Shown here: positions 28,034-37,307 of the stretch, in pieces
Layout: each line of letters begins with the position of its first letter
Position numbering within the stretch: the stretch's first letter is position 1
Assembly (NCBI GenBank): GCA_963815115.1
Contig: CAWFFN010000005.1
Span: 512,001-576,000 of the forward strand
DNA length: 64,000 bases
Direction: 5' to 3'
Source: an uncultured delta proteobacterium
GTDB lineage: Bacteria > Desulfobacterota > Binatia > DP-6
The notes under the pieces: model-generated
The model's input: the letters and a program-made list of their open reading frames with translations, nothing else
The model's database searches: none
Told to the model about the DNA's origin: nothing
Translations under genes and position numbers: made by a program

Positions 28034-29082
28034 GCGCCGCCCAGCCAGCCGCGGACCATGCCGAGCAGCAGGTAGAGGTAGGGTAGCTGGTGGTCGAAGA
28101 TCGCCATGCGCAGGTCGGTCGAGCGGCCGTCACGGAAGGCGCGCAAGCCCGTCAGCATGATGGCGAGCATCTTGACGATGGCGAGGACGCGATAGAAGTG
28201 CAGGCGCTCGGGGTCGGGAGCACGGCCCGTCGCCCGGGCCCAGCGCTCGACGAAGTCCTCCGGGAGCAGCACCCCCGAGGCGAACGGGCTCCCTCCGCGC
28301 CAGAGCTCGGACGTGCACCAGGCGACGTCCTCGAGGGGATCGCCGAGATGGACCAGCTCCCAGTCGAGGATGCCGCTCAGGCGTGCCTCGCCCGCCTCCC
28401 GGGCGACGAGGAAGTTCCCCAGGCGGTAGTCGCCGTGCACCAGGGTGATCTCCGCGGCCTCGGGGAGGTGTGCGCGCAGCCAGACGAGGGCCTCGGCGAG
28501 CGGCGGCTCCAGGGGCAGGCCGCTGCGCCGGATCCGGTCCTCCCAGCGCTCGAGCTCCCGGGCCGCCGCGGCGCGACCGGGTCCGGGATCGCCGAGAAAT
28601 CCCAGTCCGAGCCCGCGCCAGTCGACGGCGTGCAGGCGCGCGAGCGCACCGACCACGTCCGGGCCGAGGCTGGCACGCTCGTCCTCGGTGAAGGGCCCGC
28701 AGCCCTCGGGTCCGGCCACCGGAATCGGGACGTCTCCCGGGAGACGGTCCATGACGTAGAAGGAACGCTCCAGCACCGCCGGGTCGCGCTCGAGCCACGG
28801 GGTCGGCGGCGAGGGGAGCGGGTGCGACGACAGGGCGTGCAGGACGCGGAACTCCGGCTCGAGGTCGTACGGCTCGAGCAGGCCGGCGAGCGGCTCTCGC
28901 TTGAGCACGAAGGCGCGTCGCTCCACACCTCCCGTGCCCGTCACGTCGGCATCGAAGGTGAAGGTCTCCTGCGAGAAGCCTTCGGTGCTGCGTTCGAGCG
29001 CGGTCACGCGCACGTCGAGCGCATCGGCAAGGCGCCCGCGCAGGAACTGCTCGAGGCGCTCGCGCAAGCTCGCATCGTCCAT
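28030..29082 (-). CDS. Phosphotransferase family protein (APH/ACAD10-11-like)
   Basis: EGFSQET, LVHGDYRLGN, ILDWELVHLGDPLED. Confidence 0.9.
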   Translation of the reverse strand: MDDASLRERLEQFLRGRLADALDVRVTALERSTEGFSQETFTFDADVTGTGGVERRAFVLKREPLAGLLEPYDLEPEFRVLHALSSHPLPSPPTPWLERDPAVLERSFYVMDRLPGDVPIPVAGPEGCGPFTEDERASLGPDVVGALARLHAVDWRGLGLGFLGDPGPGRAAAARELERWEDRIRRSGLPLEPPLAEALVWLRAHLPEAAEITLVHGDYRLGNFLVAREAGEARLSGILDWELVHLGDPLEDVAWCTSELWRGGSPFASGVLLPEDFVERWARATGRAPDPERLHFYRVLAIVKMLAIMLTGLRAFRDGRSTDLRMAIFDHQLPYLYLLLGMVRGWLGGA

Positions 29083-29133
29083 CGCCGTCGGGGCGAAGGA
29101 TCGCACGCCCCGCCGGCGTCGCTCAAGCGAGCG

Positions 29134-29703
29134 TCAGGCGGCCGGTCGTGTGCCGGCGAGGTGCGCCAGCGGCTCGGGCTCGACGTGCACGGGCACGCCG
29201 CGCTCGATGAGGCGCCCGAACAGCGCACGTACGCGCGTGATCGCGCCGGCGGCCACGCGCCCGCGCAGCCTGATCTCGAGATATGCCCCCGGTCCCGCGT
29301 GCAGCGCCTCTTCGGTCACGGTCTCGGCCGCGTACGGCGTGAGCAGGAGCGCCCGCTGCACCATCCCGCGGGTGGCGCCCTCCGCGGGCACGACGCGCGC
29401 GAGCACCGCCGGTGCAGCGAGCGGCTCCGGCCGGCGACTCTCGGCGACCAGCGATGCGACCATGGCGACGAGGTCACCGTAGGACCGGACCTCCTCGAGC
29501 CGGCGCTCGGACACGCTGATGCCCACGTCCGCCTCGATCGCCATCGCGACCTCGAGGAGATCGAGCGAATCGACGGCGAGCTCGTCGGCGAGAGACGCCT
29601 CGGGGATCAGCTCCTCGATCGTCACACCGAGGCACTCGGCCACGAGGCGGCGTATGCGGGGCTCGATGGCGGTGGTCGCGCCGTGCTCCACGACGAGGGT
29701 CAT
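29134..29703 (-). CDS. Acyl carrier protein with C-terminal extension
   Basis: IRRLVAECLGV..LADELAVDSLDLLEVAMAIE phosphopantetheine motif. Confidence 0.75.
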   Translation of the reverse strand: MTLVVEHGATTAIEPRIRRLVAECLGVTIEELIPEASLADELAVDSLDLLEVAMAIEADVGISVSERRLEEVRSYGDLVAMVASLVAESRRPEPLAAPAVLARVVPAEGATRGMVQRALLLTPYAAETVTEEALHAGPGAYLEIRLRGRVAAGAITRVRALFGRLIERGVPVHVEPEPLAHLAGTRPAA

Positions 29704-29875
29704 GCGAGTGAGGCCAGCAAGGAGAGTGCCGGAGGGTCCGCCTTCAGGGCGCGGCACCGCGAGCCGCCGGCTCGCCGCTCTGCCTGCGCCGCGACCATCG
29801 TCGTGCCCGCAGGACGAGCAGGGCGGAGGTGCAACCGGGTCCAGTGCGCCGATGCTCGCGGGGGCTCGTCCGGGA

Positions 29876-30361
29876 TCAGAGAGGCTGGGGGACGCGCGCG
29901 CGCCGGCCGAGACCGATCGGGCGGCCGATGGCGCGGGTTCGCGAGCCGCTCAGGCGCCGGAAGGGATGGCGATGCGGGACGCGCACCCCGGGATGCGCGC
30001 GCTGGTCGTCGCGCCAGCGCTTGAGCCCCTGCCGCAGGTATGCCGCATCGAGCCCCAGGGAGTCACAGATGTTGTCGAAGCTGCACGGCCAGTTGCCCTC
30101 GTCCGATCCGACCCACTCCTCCGCCTCGCGGAAGAGCCGGCGGCCGCGCCGCCCGCTGTCGGCGACGTAGCGCTGGAAGGTGACGACCGCCTCCTCCAGC
30201 ACCGCCAGCAGCAGCCGCTTCTCGGGGACGATCGAGGCGTCGGGGGCGAGCCCGCCGAACAGCTGCACGGGAAGAACGGTCCCGGGTTCGAGCTCCACGC
30301 CGGTGCTCGACGCGTCGCGGCTACGACTACGCGCTGCGTCCATCGCTCCGGAGATTCGCAT
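29876..30361 (-). CDS. Conserved hypothetical protein
   Basis: PEKRLLLAVLEEAV..AEEWV..WPCSFDNICDSLGLD..YLR.GL; Arg-rich tail. Confidence 0.75.
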   Translation of the reverse strand: MRISGAMDAARSRSRDASSTGVELEPGTVLPVQLFGGLAPDASIVPEKRLLLAVLEEAVVTFQRYVADSGRRGRRLFREAEEWVGSDEGNWPCSFDNICDSLGLDAAYLRQGLKRWRDDQRAHPGVRVPHRHPFRRLSGSRTRAIGRPIGLGRRARVPQPL

Positions 30362-30374
30362 AGCTGCCGCCTCA

Positions 30375-30440
30375 GGTCAAGTTCAACAGCTGTTCATTTC
30401 CTAATCGCAATCTGAACCGCGGTTCATTATCTTGACACAT
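30375..30440. promoter_or_regulatory. Divergent promoter/operator region
   Basis: AT-rich; TCAAC-agct-GTTCA (30383-30396), perfect TGAAC-cgcg-GTTCA (30413-30426), TTGACA (30432-30437). Confidence 0.6.
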
Positions 30441-30596
30441 AGTCCTCAACTAGGTACCGAGCGATGAGGGCCACCGGGCCCCTCCAGCCCCTGGATCGCA
30501 GACACCTCCCCTTGGGTCTTGTATGTTCTTGCCATTCGCGATGGGATGATCGTGGCCCAGCATCTATCCCACAACTCCAGAGGCGAGCAGCACGAG

Positions 30597-31508
30597 ATGG
30601 ACGATTCGGCGACGGGCGGCATGCTGTCGATCGGCGCGCTGGCGCGCGCCACCTCGATCCGGGTGGAGACGTTACGGACGTGGGAGCGGCGCTACGGCTA
30701 TCCGATTCCGGAGCGCAAGCCCTCCGGCCACCGCGTCTATCCGGTCGCGAGCGTGTCCCGCCTGCGCCGGATCGTCCAGGCGCTGGCGAGCGGCCACCGG
30801 CCGAGCGAGGTGGTCTCGGCCTCGGAGTCCGCGTTGCGAGCGCTGCTCAAGACCGTGCCCGACCGACCGTTGCCCGAGCTGGTCTCGTCCGAGGGCGTGC
30901 AGCTCGCCGACCAGCTCGACGCCGTGCGTGGATTCGATGGGCCGACGCTGACCCGCCGCCTGCTTGCGGAGTGGGCGCGTCTCGGTCCGCTCGAGTTCCT
31001 GACCACCACCGTGGCGCCGCTGGTGAGCGCCGTCGGCGCGTGCTGGGAGTCGGGCACGCTCGAGGTCTGCCACGAGCATTTCCTGAGCGAGCGCGTGAGC
31101 GACGTGCTGCGGGTGCTGCGGTTGCCGTTCGAGGAGCGTGCCAGAGGGCCGCTGGTCGTGCTCGCGTCGCTCCCCGGCGAGCAGCACTCGCTCGGCCTCC
31201 ACATGGCCGCGCTGGTCCTCGCAACCTCCCACTGTCCGACGGTCGTGCTGGGCACCGAGGTTCCCACGCGGGAGATCGCCGAGGTGGCGCGCGATCTCTC
31301 CGCGCGGGCCGTCGGCATCAGCGTCTCGGTGGCGACGGGCGGGGGCCCGACCTCGCGCAAGCTGCGCGCGCTCCGCGAGCTCCTGCCGAGGCGGATCGGG
31401 CTGCTCGTGGGCGGGGATGGGGCTCGTCGCAGCGGCCAGGGCATCACGCTGGTCCGCGGGCTGCCCGCCCTCGAGATGTGGGCCCGGCAGGCGGCGGGAA
31501 CGACCTGA
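30597..31508 (+). CDS. MerR-family B12-binding regulator (CarH/LitR-like)
   Basis: LSIGALARATSIRVETLRTWERRYG HTH, W-x9-EH, GEQHSLG (ExHxxG). Confidence 0.88.
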   Translation: MDDSATGGMLSIGALARATSIRVETLRTWERRYGYPIPERKPSGHRVYPVASVSRLRRIVQALASGHRPSEVVSASESALRALLKTVPDRPLPELVSSEGVQLADQLDAVRGFDGPTLTRRLLAEWARLGPLEFLTTTVAPLVSAVGACWESGTLEVCHEHFLSERVSDVLRVLRLPFEERARGPLVVLASLPGEQHSLGLHMAALVLATSHCPTVVLGTEVPTREIAEVARDLSARAVGISVSVATGGGPTSRKLRALRELLPRRIGLLVGGDGARRSGQGITLVRGLPALEMWARQAAGTT

Positions 31509-31527
31509 CGAACCGAAGCGGCCGCGC

Positions 31528-32313
31528 TCAGTGGAAGAAGTGGCCGCCGTTCACGTCGAGCGCCTGGCCCGTGATCGCGCGGGCGAGATCGGAGGCGAGC
31601 AGCACGACCGCGTCGGCCACCTCGGCGGAGTCGGGGATGTGTCGCAGCGCGGTGCGCGATGCGATGTCGTCGTGCACGCTCTCGTATGAGACGCCGCGCT
31701 CCGTGGCCAGGTGCCGGAAGTAGGCCTCCATCTTCGCGCTCCAGATGTAGCCCGGCACCACCGAGTTCACCCGGATGCCCGCCGGGCCGAGCTCCTTGGC
31801 GAGCGTCTGGGCCGCGGTCATGAGGGCCCCCTTCGAGGCGGCATAGCCGCCCATGAGCGGCTCGACGATGCGGACCGACATGGAGTTGACGAAGACGATC
31901 GCGCCGCCCCCCCGTGCCTTCATGGTGGGGACCACCGCCTGCGTGAGCCGCAGCGCGCCGAACAGGTTCACCTCGAAGATGCGCCTCCAGTCGTCCAGGT
32001 CGGCTTGCTCCACGAGGGCGACGGGGTTGCTCAGGAAGGCGTTGTGCACGAGCACGTCGATGCGCCCGAACTCGGCTCGCGCCGCGTCCGCCAGGCCCTG
32101 GCAATCGCCGGGCCGCGACAGGTCGGTGGTGACCGCGAGCGCGCGCCGGCCGCCGGCGCGCACGGCGGACGCCACGTCTTCCAGCGCAGCCGCGGTCCGC
32201 GCCGCCAGGACGACGTGGGCTCCCTCGCGGGCGCACGCCAGCGCGATCTCCCGGCCGAGCCCGGGCCCGATGCCGGAGACGACGGCAACCCGATCGGCGA
32301 GCAGCGCGCTCAT
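31528..32313 (-). CDS. SDR family oxidoreductase
   Basis: SGIGPGLG, HNAF, YAASK. Confidence 0.9.
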   Translation of the reverse strand: MSALLADRVAVVSGIGPGLGREIALACAREGAHVVLAARTAAALEDVASAVRAGGRRALAVTTDLSRPGDCQGLADAARAEFGRIDVLVHNAFLSNPVALVEQADLDDWRRIFEVNLFGALRLTQAVVPTMKARGGGAIVFVNSMSVRIVEPLMGGYAASKGALMTAAQTLAKELGPAGIRVNSVVPGYIWSAKMEAYFRHLATERGVSYESVHDDIASRTALRHIPDSAEVADAVVLLASDLARAITGQALDVNGGHFFH

Positions 32314-33269
32314 GATCCCAGGTGCGGCGCCACCTCGGCGGCAAAGCCGTCGATCTGGTCGATCAGCTCGTCGCACGAGCGCGTCCGGAAGCGGACGCCG
32401 CAGTGTGTGACGCCCATGCCGCGGAGCTCCAGGAGCGAGGCGGCGATGGCGTCGCCCGAGCCGGATCGGGAGTTCGGTCCGAGCTCGAAGGTGGGATTGC
32501 CCAGGTAGAGCCATTCGCTGTTCGCGCCGATCTCGATGGGCACGCCGTCGCCACGGATCCGCCGGCGGTGCTCGCGAATGGCCGCGATCTGTCCCGGCAG
32601 CTGGTCGCGGACGGTACCCTGCGGAAGCCAGCCGTCCCCCCGCGCGGCGGCCCGCCGCAGCGCCGCAGGCGTGTTGCCCCCGATCCAGATCGGCGGGCGC
32701 GGACGCTGCACCGGCCGCGGCCGGAGCCCGACGTCGCGCACGTGCCACACGGGACCGTCGTGCTGCGGGAACTCGTCGCGGAACGCCGCGGCGACGACGT
32801 CGATCGCGTCGTCGAGCAGCGTTCCGCGGCGGGCGAAATCGATCCCGAGGGCGGTGAACTCGCCCTCGAGGTGGCCGGCGCCGACCCCGAGGATCACCCG
32901 GCCTCCCGAGAGCGCGTCGAGCGTCGCGAACGCCTTCGCGGTCTGCAGCGGATGGCGATAGGCGGCGACGTAGACGTAGGACAGGAGACGCACCGAGCGG
33001 GTGGCGGCTGCGAGCCAGCCGAGCGTGGCGACGGGGTCGTACCACACCGTCGACATGGCCGCTGCACGCTCCCGGGGAATGCAGACGTGATCGCACACGG
33101 CGACGTAGAAGAAGCCGGCCCGGTCGCACGCCTGGGCCACGCGCAGCAGCTCCTCGGGACCGGCCGCCGCCTCCCACGGCGCGGCGAACACGGTGCTCTG
33201 GGCCGCGACCGGGAGCTGCATGCCGACCGCCAGCATCCCCGGCGGCACGATGCAGACGACGTCCGTCAC
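32310..33269 (-). CDS. LLM class (putatively F420-dependent) oxidoreductase
   Basis: VAVCDHV, LSGGRVILGVGAGH..EF, PPIWIGG. Confidence 0.9.
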   Translation of the reverse strand: MTDVVCIVPPGMLAVGMQLPVAAQSTVFAAPWEAAAGPEELLRVAQACDRAGFFYVAVCDHVCIPRERAAAMSTVWYDPVATLGWLAAATRSVRLLSYVYVAAYRHPLQTAKAFATLDALSGGRVILGVGAGHLEGEFTALGIDFARRGTLLDDAIDVVAAAFRDEFPQHDGPVWHVRDVGLRPRPVQRPRPPIWIGGNTPAALRRAAARGDGWLPQGTVRDQLPGQIAAIREHRRRIRGDGVPIEIGANSEWLYLGNPTFELGPNSRSGSGDAIAASLLELRGMGVTHCGVRFRTRSCDELIDQIDGFAAEVAPHLGS

Positions 33270-34411
33270 CGGCCGTTCCTCTCGTCCTCGCGCAGGGCGG
33301 CTTCACGCATGCGGACGGTGCGGTGGACGGGATCGTGGTCGAAGCGCGGGATCACCTCGCGGCCGAACAGCCCGACCGATTCGAGCGCGACGCTCTGCGG
33401 CTGCGTCGAGGCGAGCACGCCGAAGATGAGCTGGTCGCAGCCGATGTCGGCGTACTGCTGGACGGCGCGGGCGCACTCGTCGGGGTCGCCGACCACGCGC
33501 TGACCGTCGCGGATGCGCGCCTCGAGCTGCTCCGCCGTGGGCTCGGGGATCAGCTGGGGCCACGGCGGCACGCCCGCCGGCCGCGGGAAGGTGTCGAGGT
33601 ACCGGAAGACGAGGCTGGTGTGATAGCCGCTCCCCATGGCGAGGGCGACGTCGCGCGCCGCACGGCCGTCCTCCAGGCAGACCAGCGCGGTGACGCAGGC
33701 GACGTTGTCGTTCACGTAGTCGCCGATCGGCTCGGCGTGACGGATGGCGCGCTTGTACGTCTCGATGAGGGGCGCGAAGTCGCTCGGAGAGCCGAGGCTG
33801 AAGCAGAGTGCCCCGAGTCCGAGACGGCCCGCCTTCTCGAAGGTGGACGGGCTGCCGCAGGCGACCCAGATGGGCGGGTGCGGCTTGGTGTAGGGCTTGG
33901 GCAGCACCGTGCGCTCGGGCATCGAGAAGAAGCGGCCCTGATACGCGTAGCGCTCCTCCTTCCACATGCGCAGGATCTGCGGGAGCGCCTCGTCGTACAT
34001 GGCCCGCGTCGTGTCGCCGTCGGGGATGCCGAAGCCCTTGAACTCCGTCGACGACGAGCCGCGGCCGGTCCCGAACTCGAAGCGCCCCTCGCTCAGATGA
34101 TCCAGCATCGCCACGCGCTCGGCGATGCGGGCCGGATGGTTCACCGGCGGCGTGAGGTTGTAGATCGCCGAGCCCACGTGGATGCGCTTCGTCCGGGCGG
34201 CGATGTACGGCAGCATGATCTCGGACGCCGAGAGGTGGGAGTACTCCTCGAGGAAGTGATGCTCGACCGACCAGACGTACTTCCAGCCCGACCGGTCGCA
34301 CGCCTCCGCCAGCTCGAGCTCGCGCATCAAGCGGCTGTGCTCGGCGCCCGCCGGGTCGGCAGCGACCTCGTGCTGCGGGACGTGGGCCTGGACGAAGAGA
34401 CCGAATTCCAT
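33266..34411 (-). CDS. LLM class flavin-dependent oxidoreductase
   Basis: MEFGLF, WSVEHHFLEEYSH, LSEGRFEFGTGRG, PKPYTKPHPP. Confidence 0.92.
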   Translation of the reverse strand: MEFGLFVQAHVPQHEVAADPAGAEHSRLMRELELAEACDRSGWKYVWSVEHHFLEEYSHLSASEIMLPYIAARTKRIHVGSAIYNLTPPVNHPARIAERVAMLDHLSEGRFEFGTGRGSSSTEFKGFGIPDGDTTRAMYDEALPQILRMWKEERYAYQGRFFSMPERTVLPKPYTKPHPPIWVACGSPSTFEKAGRLGLGALCFSLGSPSDFAPLIETYKRAIRHAEPIGDYVNDNVACVTALVCLEDGRAARDVALAMGSGYHTSLVFRYLDTFPRPAGVPPWPQLIPEPTAEQLEARIRDGQRVVGDPDECARAVQQYADIGCDQLIFGVLASTQPQSVALESVGLFGREVIPRFDHDPVHRTVRMREAALREDERNGR

Positions 34412-34494
34412 GTGACCCGGGGCGTGTAGCAACTCGCGTGGAGGCCTGACAAGCCGCGGCGGGTCACCACGGGCGACGCTCGGGTCTCGTCGGC

Positions 34495-34947
34495 TCAGGA
34501 ACCCGCGCCGCCCGCCGGCGGCCGCGCGAGACGCTTGCGCATGTAGTAGTGCGTGTGGCCGCTCGGGTAGTCGTCCAGGGCGCCGAACACCTCGTACCCG
34601 CGAGGCTGGTAGAATCGCGGGCCCGCCTGGAAGCTGAAGGTGTCCAGGTGCGCGTCCGTGCAGCCGTACTCGCGCGCGTAGCTCTCGGCGGCCTCGAGGA
34701 GCCTCCCGCCCCAGCCCTGTTGCCGGCAATCCTCGTCCACCCAGAGGAACTTGACGTGCAGCCACGCGGCCCAGATGTCACCCAGCACGCCGCCGCGGAT
34801 CTGGCCGTGCTCGTCGCGCAGGAAGATCGCGACCGGGCACCAGTCGTTGCGGCCCGTCACGACGATGTTCCAGCGGTCGAGCCGGTCGCGCAGCGCCTGC
34901 TGCTCGGCTTCCGCCGGTTGCTCGTCGCGAACCAGGCGAAGCGTCAT
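34495..34947 (-). CDS. GNAT family N-acetyltransferase
   Basis: LWVDEDCRQQGWG, LDTFSFQA..FY..GY. Confidence 0.9.
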   Translation of the reverse strand: MTLRLVRDEQPAEAEQQALRDRLDRWNIVVTGRNDWCPVAIFLRDEHGQIRGGVLGDIWAAWLHVKFLWVDEDCRQQGWGGRLLEAAESYAREYGCTDAHLDTFSFQAGPRFYQPRGYEVFGALDDYPSGHTHYYMRKRLARPPAGGAGS

Positions 34948-35981
34948 GCGACCACCGCCGCCCGCCGGCGCGCCAGCTCGACGATCGCGAGCAGGCGCTG
35001 GCAGAGTGGCTCGTTGGCGGCGTGCAGCACGCTCGTGCGCCCCGCAGCGAGGCGACGCTCCGCGAGCAGGTGGCCCTCGAAGTCGACGGAGACGCCGCCC
35101 GCCCCCGCGATCAGCGGGATCGACGGGATCAGGTTGGGCACGTTCTCGTTCACCACCAGATAGCCGCCGCCCTGCGACTCGAGCCAGACGGGTGGGTCAC
35201 GCCAGCCGAGCAGCACCCGGCCCAGCGCGCTCAGATTCGCGTACTGCCGGAGCACGTCGAAGGCGCCGCCCTGGTGGCGATCCGTGAGCAAGCGGTAGAG
35301 CTCGATCCCGATCGCCTCGTCGCCCGCCTGCCGCGTGTCGAGGTCGTAGGCCTGGAACACGTCGAGGAAGGCCCAGAGCTGCTCCAGCCGGGTGCTCGTG
35401 GTGGTGAACACCCGGCGCCAGGGTCGTCCGGTCACCTCGAAGGTGGCCGGGCCGTCGGGCGTCGGGCGGGCGACGAGATCCTGCGGGTAGGCGCGCCAGC
35501 GCGTCGGGTTGCCGTCGACGACGACCGCGACGACGAAGTCGCCGAAGCTGAGGTCGCCGAGCTCCCGCTCCGTCGGCTCGGTGAACGCGAAGCCCGCAGC
35601 CCATCCGCCGTCGCAGGCGAGACGCACGCGGTCGTCGAGCCGCTCGCCGAGTCCCGCCACCTTCACCGTGCCGTCGATGGCGTCCATGGACGCCCAGATG
35701 GTCCTCGACCCGCGACCAAGCCGGTGGGTGAGGCCCGTCACCGGATCGACGATCAGCTCGATGGCGCACTCCACGTCGGCAGAGAGCTGCTCGAGGTGAC
35801 CCAGGCCGACCCCTTCGGCCTCGGCGTCGACGTGCCGCGCGCCGTAGCCGCCGTGCGGCTTGAGCAACGGCAAGCGCTCCCGGGCCCGCTCGCGTGGGTC
35901 CATGGCGTGGACGAGCGCGCGGATCTCGCGTCCCGCAGCGAGTGCCGCATCGGCGCACCTGAGGGCGATGGAATCGACCAC
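34944..35981 (-). CDS. Divergent inositol monophosphatase/FIG superfamily protein
   Basis: VDAEAE, DAIDGT, LIAGAGGVSVDFEG..LHAAN. Confidence 0.6.
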   Translation of the reverse strand: MVDSIALRCADAALAAGREIRALVHAMDPRERARERLPLLKPHGGYGARHVDAEAEGVGLGHLEQLSADVECAIELIVDPVTGLTHRLGRGSRTIWASMDAIDGTVKVAGLGERLDDRVRLACDGGWAAGFAFTEPTERELGDLSFGDFVVAVVVDGNPTRWRAYPQDLVARPTPDGPATFEVTGRPWRRVFTTTSTRLEQLWAFLDVFQAYDLDTRQAGDEAIGIELYRLLTDRHQGGAFDVLRQYANLSALGRVLLGWRDPPVWLESQGGGYLVVNENVPNLIPSIPLIAGAGGVSVDFEGHLLAERRLAAGRTSVLHAANEPLCQRLLAIVELARRRAAVVA

Positions 35982-36119
35982 GCTGCGCGCGGCGTAGCAT
36001 GGAAGCAGCCGCGATGTCTTGCCCGCAGGCCCCGCGCCCGGAGCGCGCCGAGCGACTCGATGCGTGTGCTGGACGCCGGGCGCGCGGGGACGTAAACGGG
36101 CGCGGGGAAAACGATCCGG

Positions 36120-37304
36120 ATGCCCGCCCAGCCCGTCGACCGACTACGCCAATCTCCCACGGGACCACCCGAGGAACCGACGACGCTGGAGGCCGTGCGA
36201 GCGCTCGCCCCCGAGATCCGCGCGCAGGCGGAGCGCATCGAGCGAGAGCGGCGGCTTCCGGTGGAGCTGGTCCGTACGCTCGCGCGCGCCGGAGTCTTCC
36301 GTCTCTGCGTGCCGCGCGCGCTCGGGGGCGAGGAAGCCGAGCCGGCGACCCTTCTCGGCGTGCTCGAGCAGATCGCCCGCGCCGACGGATCGACCGGCTG
36401 GTGCGCGATGATCGGTGCCACCAGCGGCCTCACCAGCGGCTACCTGCCGGAGGGCGAGGCGCGGCTCATCTACGGCACCTCGCCCGACGTCGTCACCGGC
36501 GGCGTCTTCGCGCCGACCGGATCGGCCGTGCGCGATGACGATACCTACCGCGTCACCGGGCGCTGGCGCTTCGCGAGCGGCTGTCAGCATTGCGATTGGC
36601 TCATGGGCGGGTGCATCGTGCAGGACGGCGGGTCGCCACGTGCCCGCCTGGTCTTCTTCCCCGCACGCGACGCCGAGATCATCGATACCTGGACCGTGTC
36701 GGGCCTACGCGGCACGGGCAGCCACGACATGGCGGTCCGCGACCTGCGGGTGCCGGCCGCGCGCTCGGTGTCGATCACCGACGACCGACCGGTGGCTCCC
36801 GGCCCGCTCTATGCCTTCCCGATCTTCGGTCTGCTCGCCATGGGCATCGCCGCCGTCGCGCTCGGCATCGCCCGCGGCGCGCTCGACGAGATCGAGCAGC
36901 TCGCGACCGCAAAGACGCCGACGGCCGGCCGCAGGCTCCTCGCCGAGCGGCCCACCGTGCAGGCGCAGATCGCCGAGGCCGAGGCGACGGCGGGTGCCGC
37001 GCGCGCGTTCCTGTACGAGGTCGTCGACGAGGCCTGGCACGCCGCGCGTGCGGCCGGCGCCATCCCCGTGCCGGTGCGCGCCCGCGTTCGCCTCGCGGCC
37101 ACGCACGCCACCGCGGCCGCGGCGCGGGCCGTCGACGCCGCCTACACCGCCGGAGGTGGGACCGCCGTGTACGCCGACAGCCCGCTCCAGCGGGCATTCC
37201 GCGACATCCACGTCGTGACCCAGCACATGATGGTGGCGCCGGCGACCTGGGAGCTGGCGGGTCGGGTGCTGCTGGGCCTCGAGACCGATACCGCGATGCT
37301 CTGA
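36120..37304 (+). CDS. Acyl-CoA dehydrogenase family flavin-dependent hydroxylase (HsaA-like)
   Basis: GRWRFASG, DTWTVSGLRGTGSHD, LQRAFRDIH. Confidence 0.88.
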   Translation: MPAQPVDRLRQSPTGPPEEPTTLEAVRALAPEIRAQAERIERERRLPVELVRTLARAGVFRLCVPRALGGEEAEPATLLGVLEQIARADGSTGWCAMIGATSGLTSGYLPEGEARLIYGTSPDVVTGGVFAPTGSAVRDDDTYRVTGRWRFASGCQHCDWLMGGCIVQDGGSPRARLVFFPARDAEIIDTWTVSGLRGTGSHDMAVRDLRVPAARSVSITDDRPVAPGPLYAFPIFGLLAMGIAAVALGIARGALDEIEQLATAKTPTAGRRLLAERPTVQAQIAEAEATAGAARAFLYEVVDEAWHAARAAGAIPVPVRARVRLAATHATAAAARAVDAAYTAGGGTAVYADSPLQRAFRDIHVVTQHMMVAPATWELAGRVLLGLETDTAML

Positions 37305-37307
37305 CGC

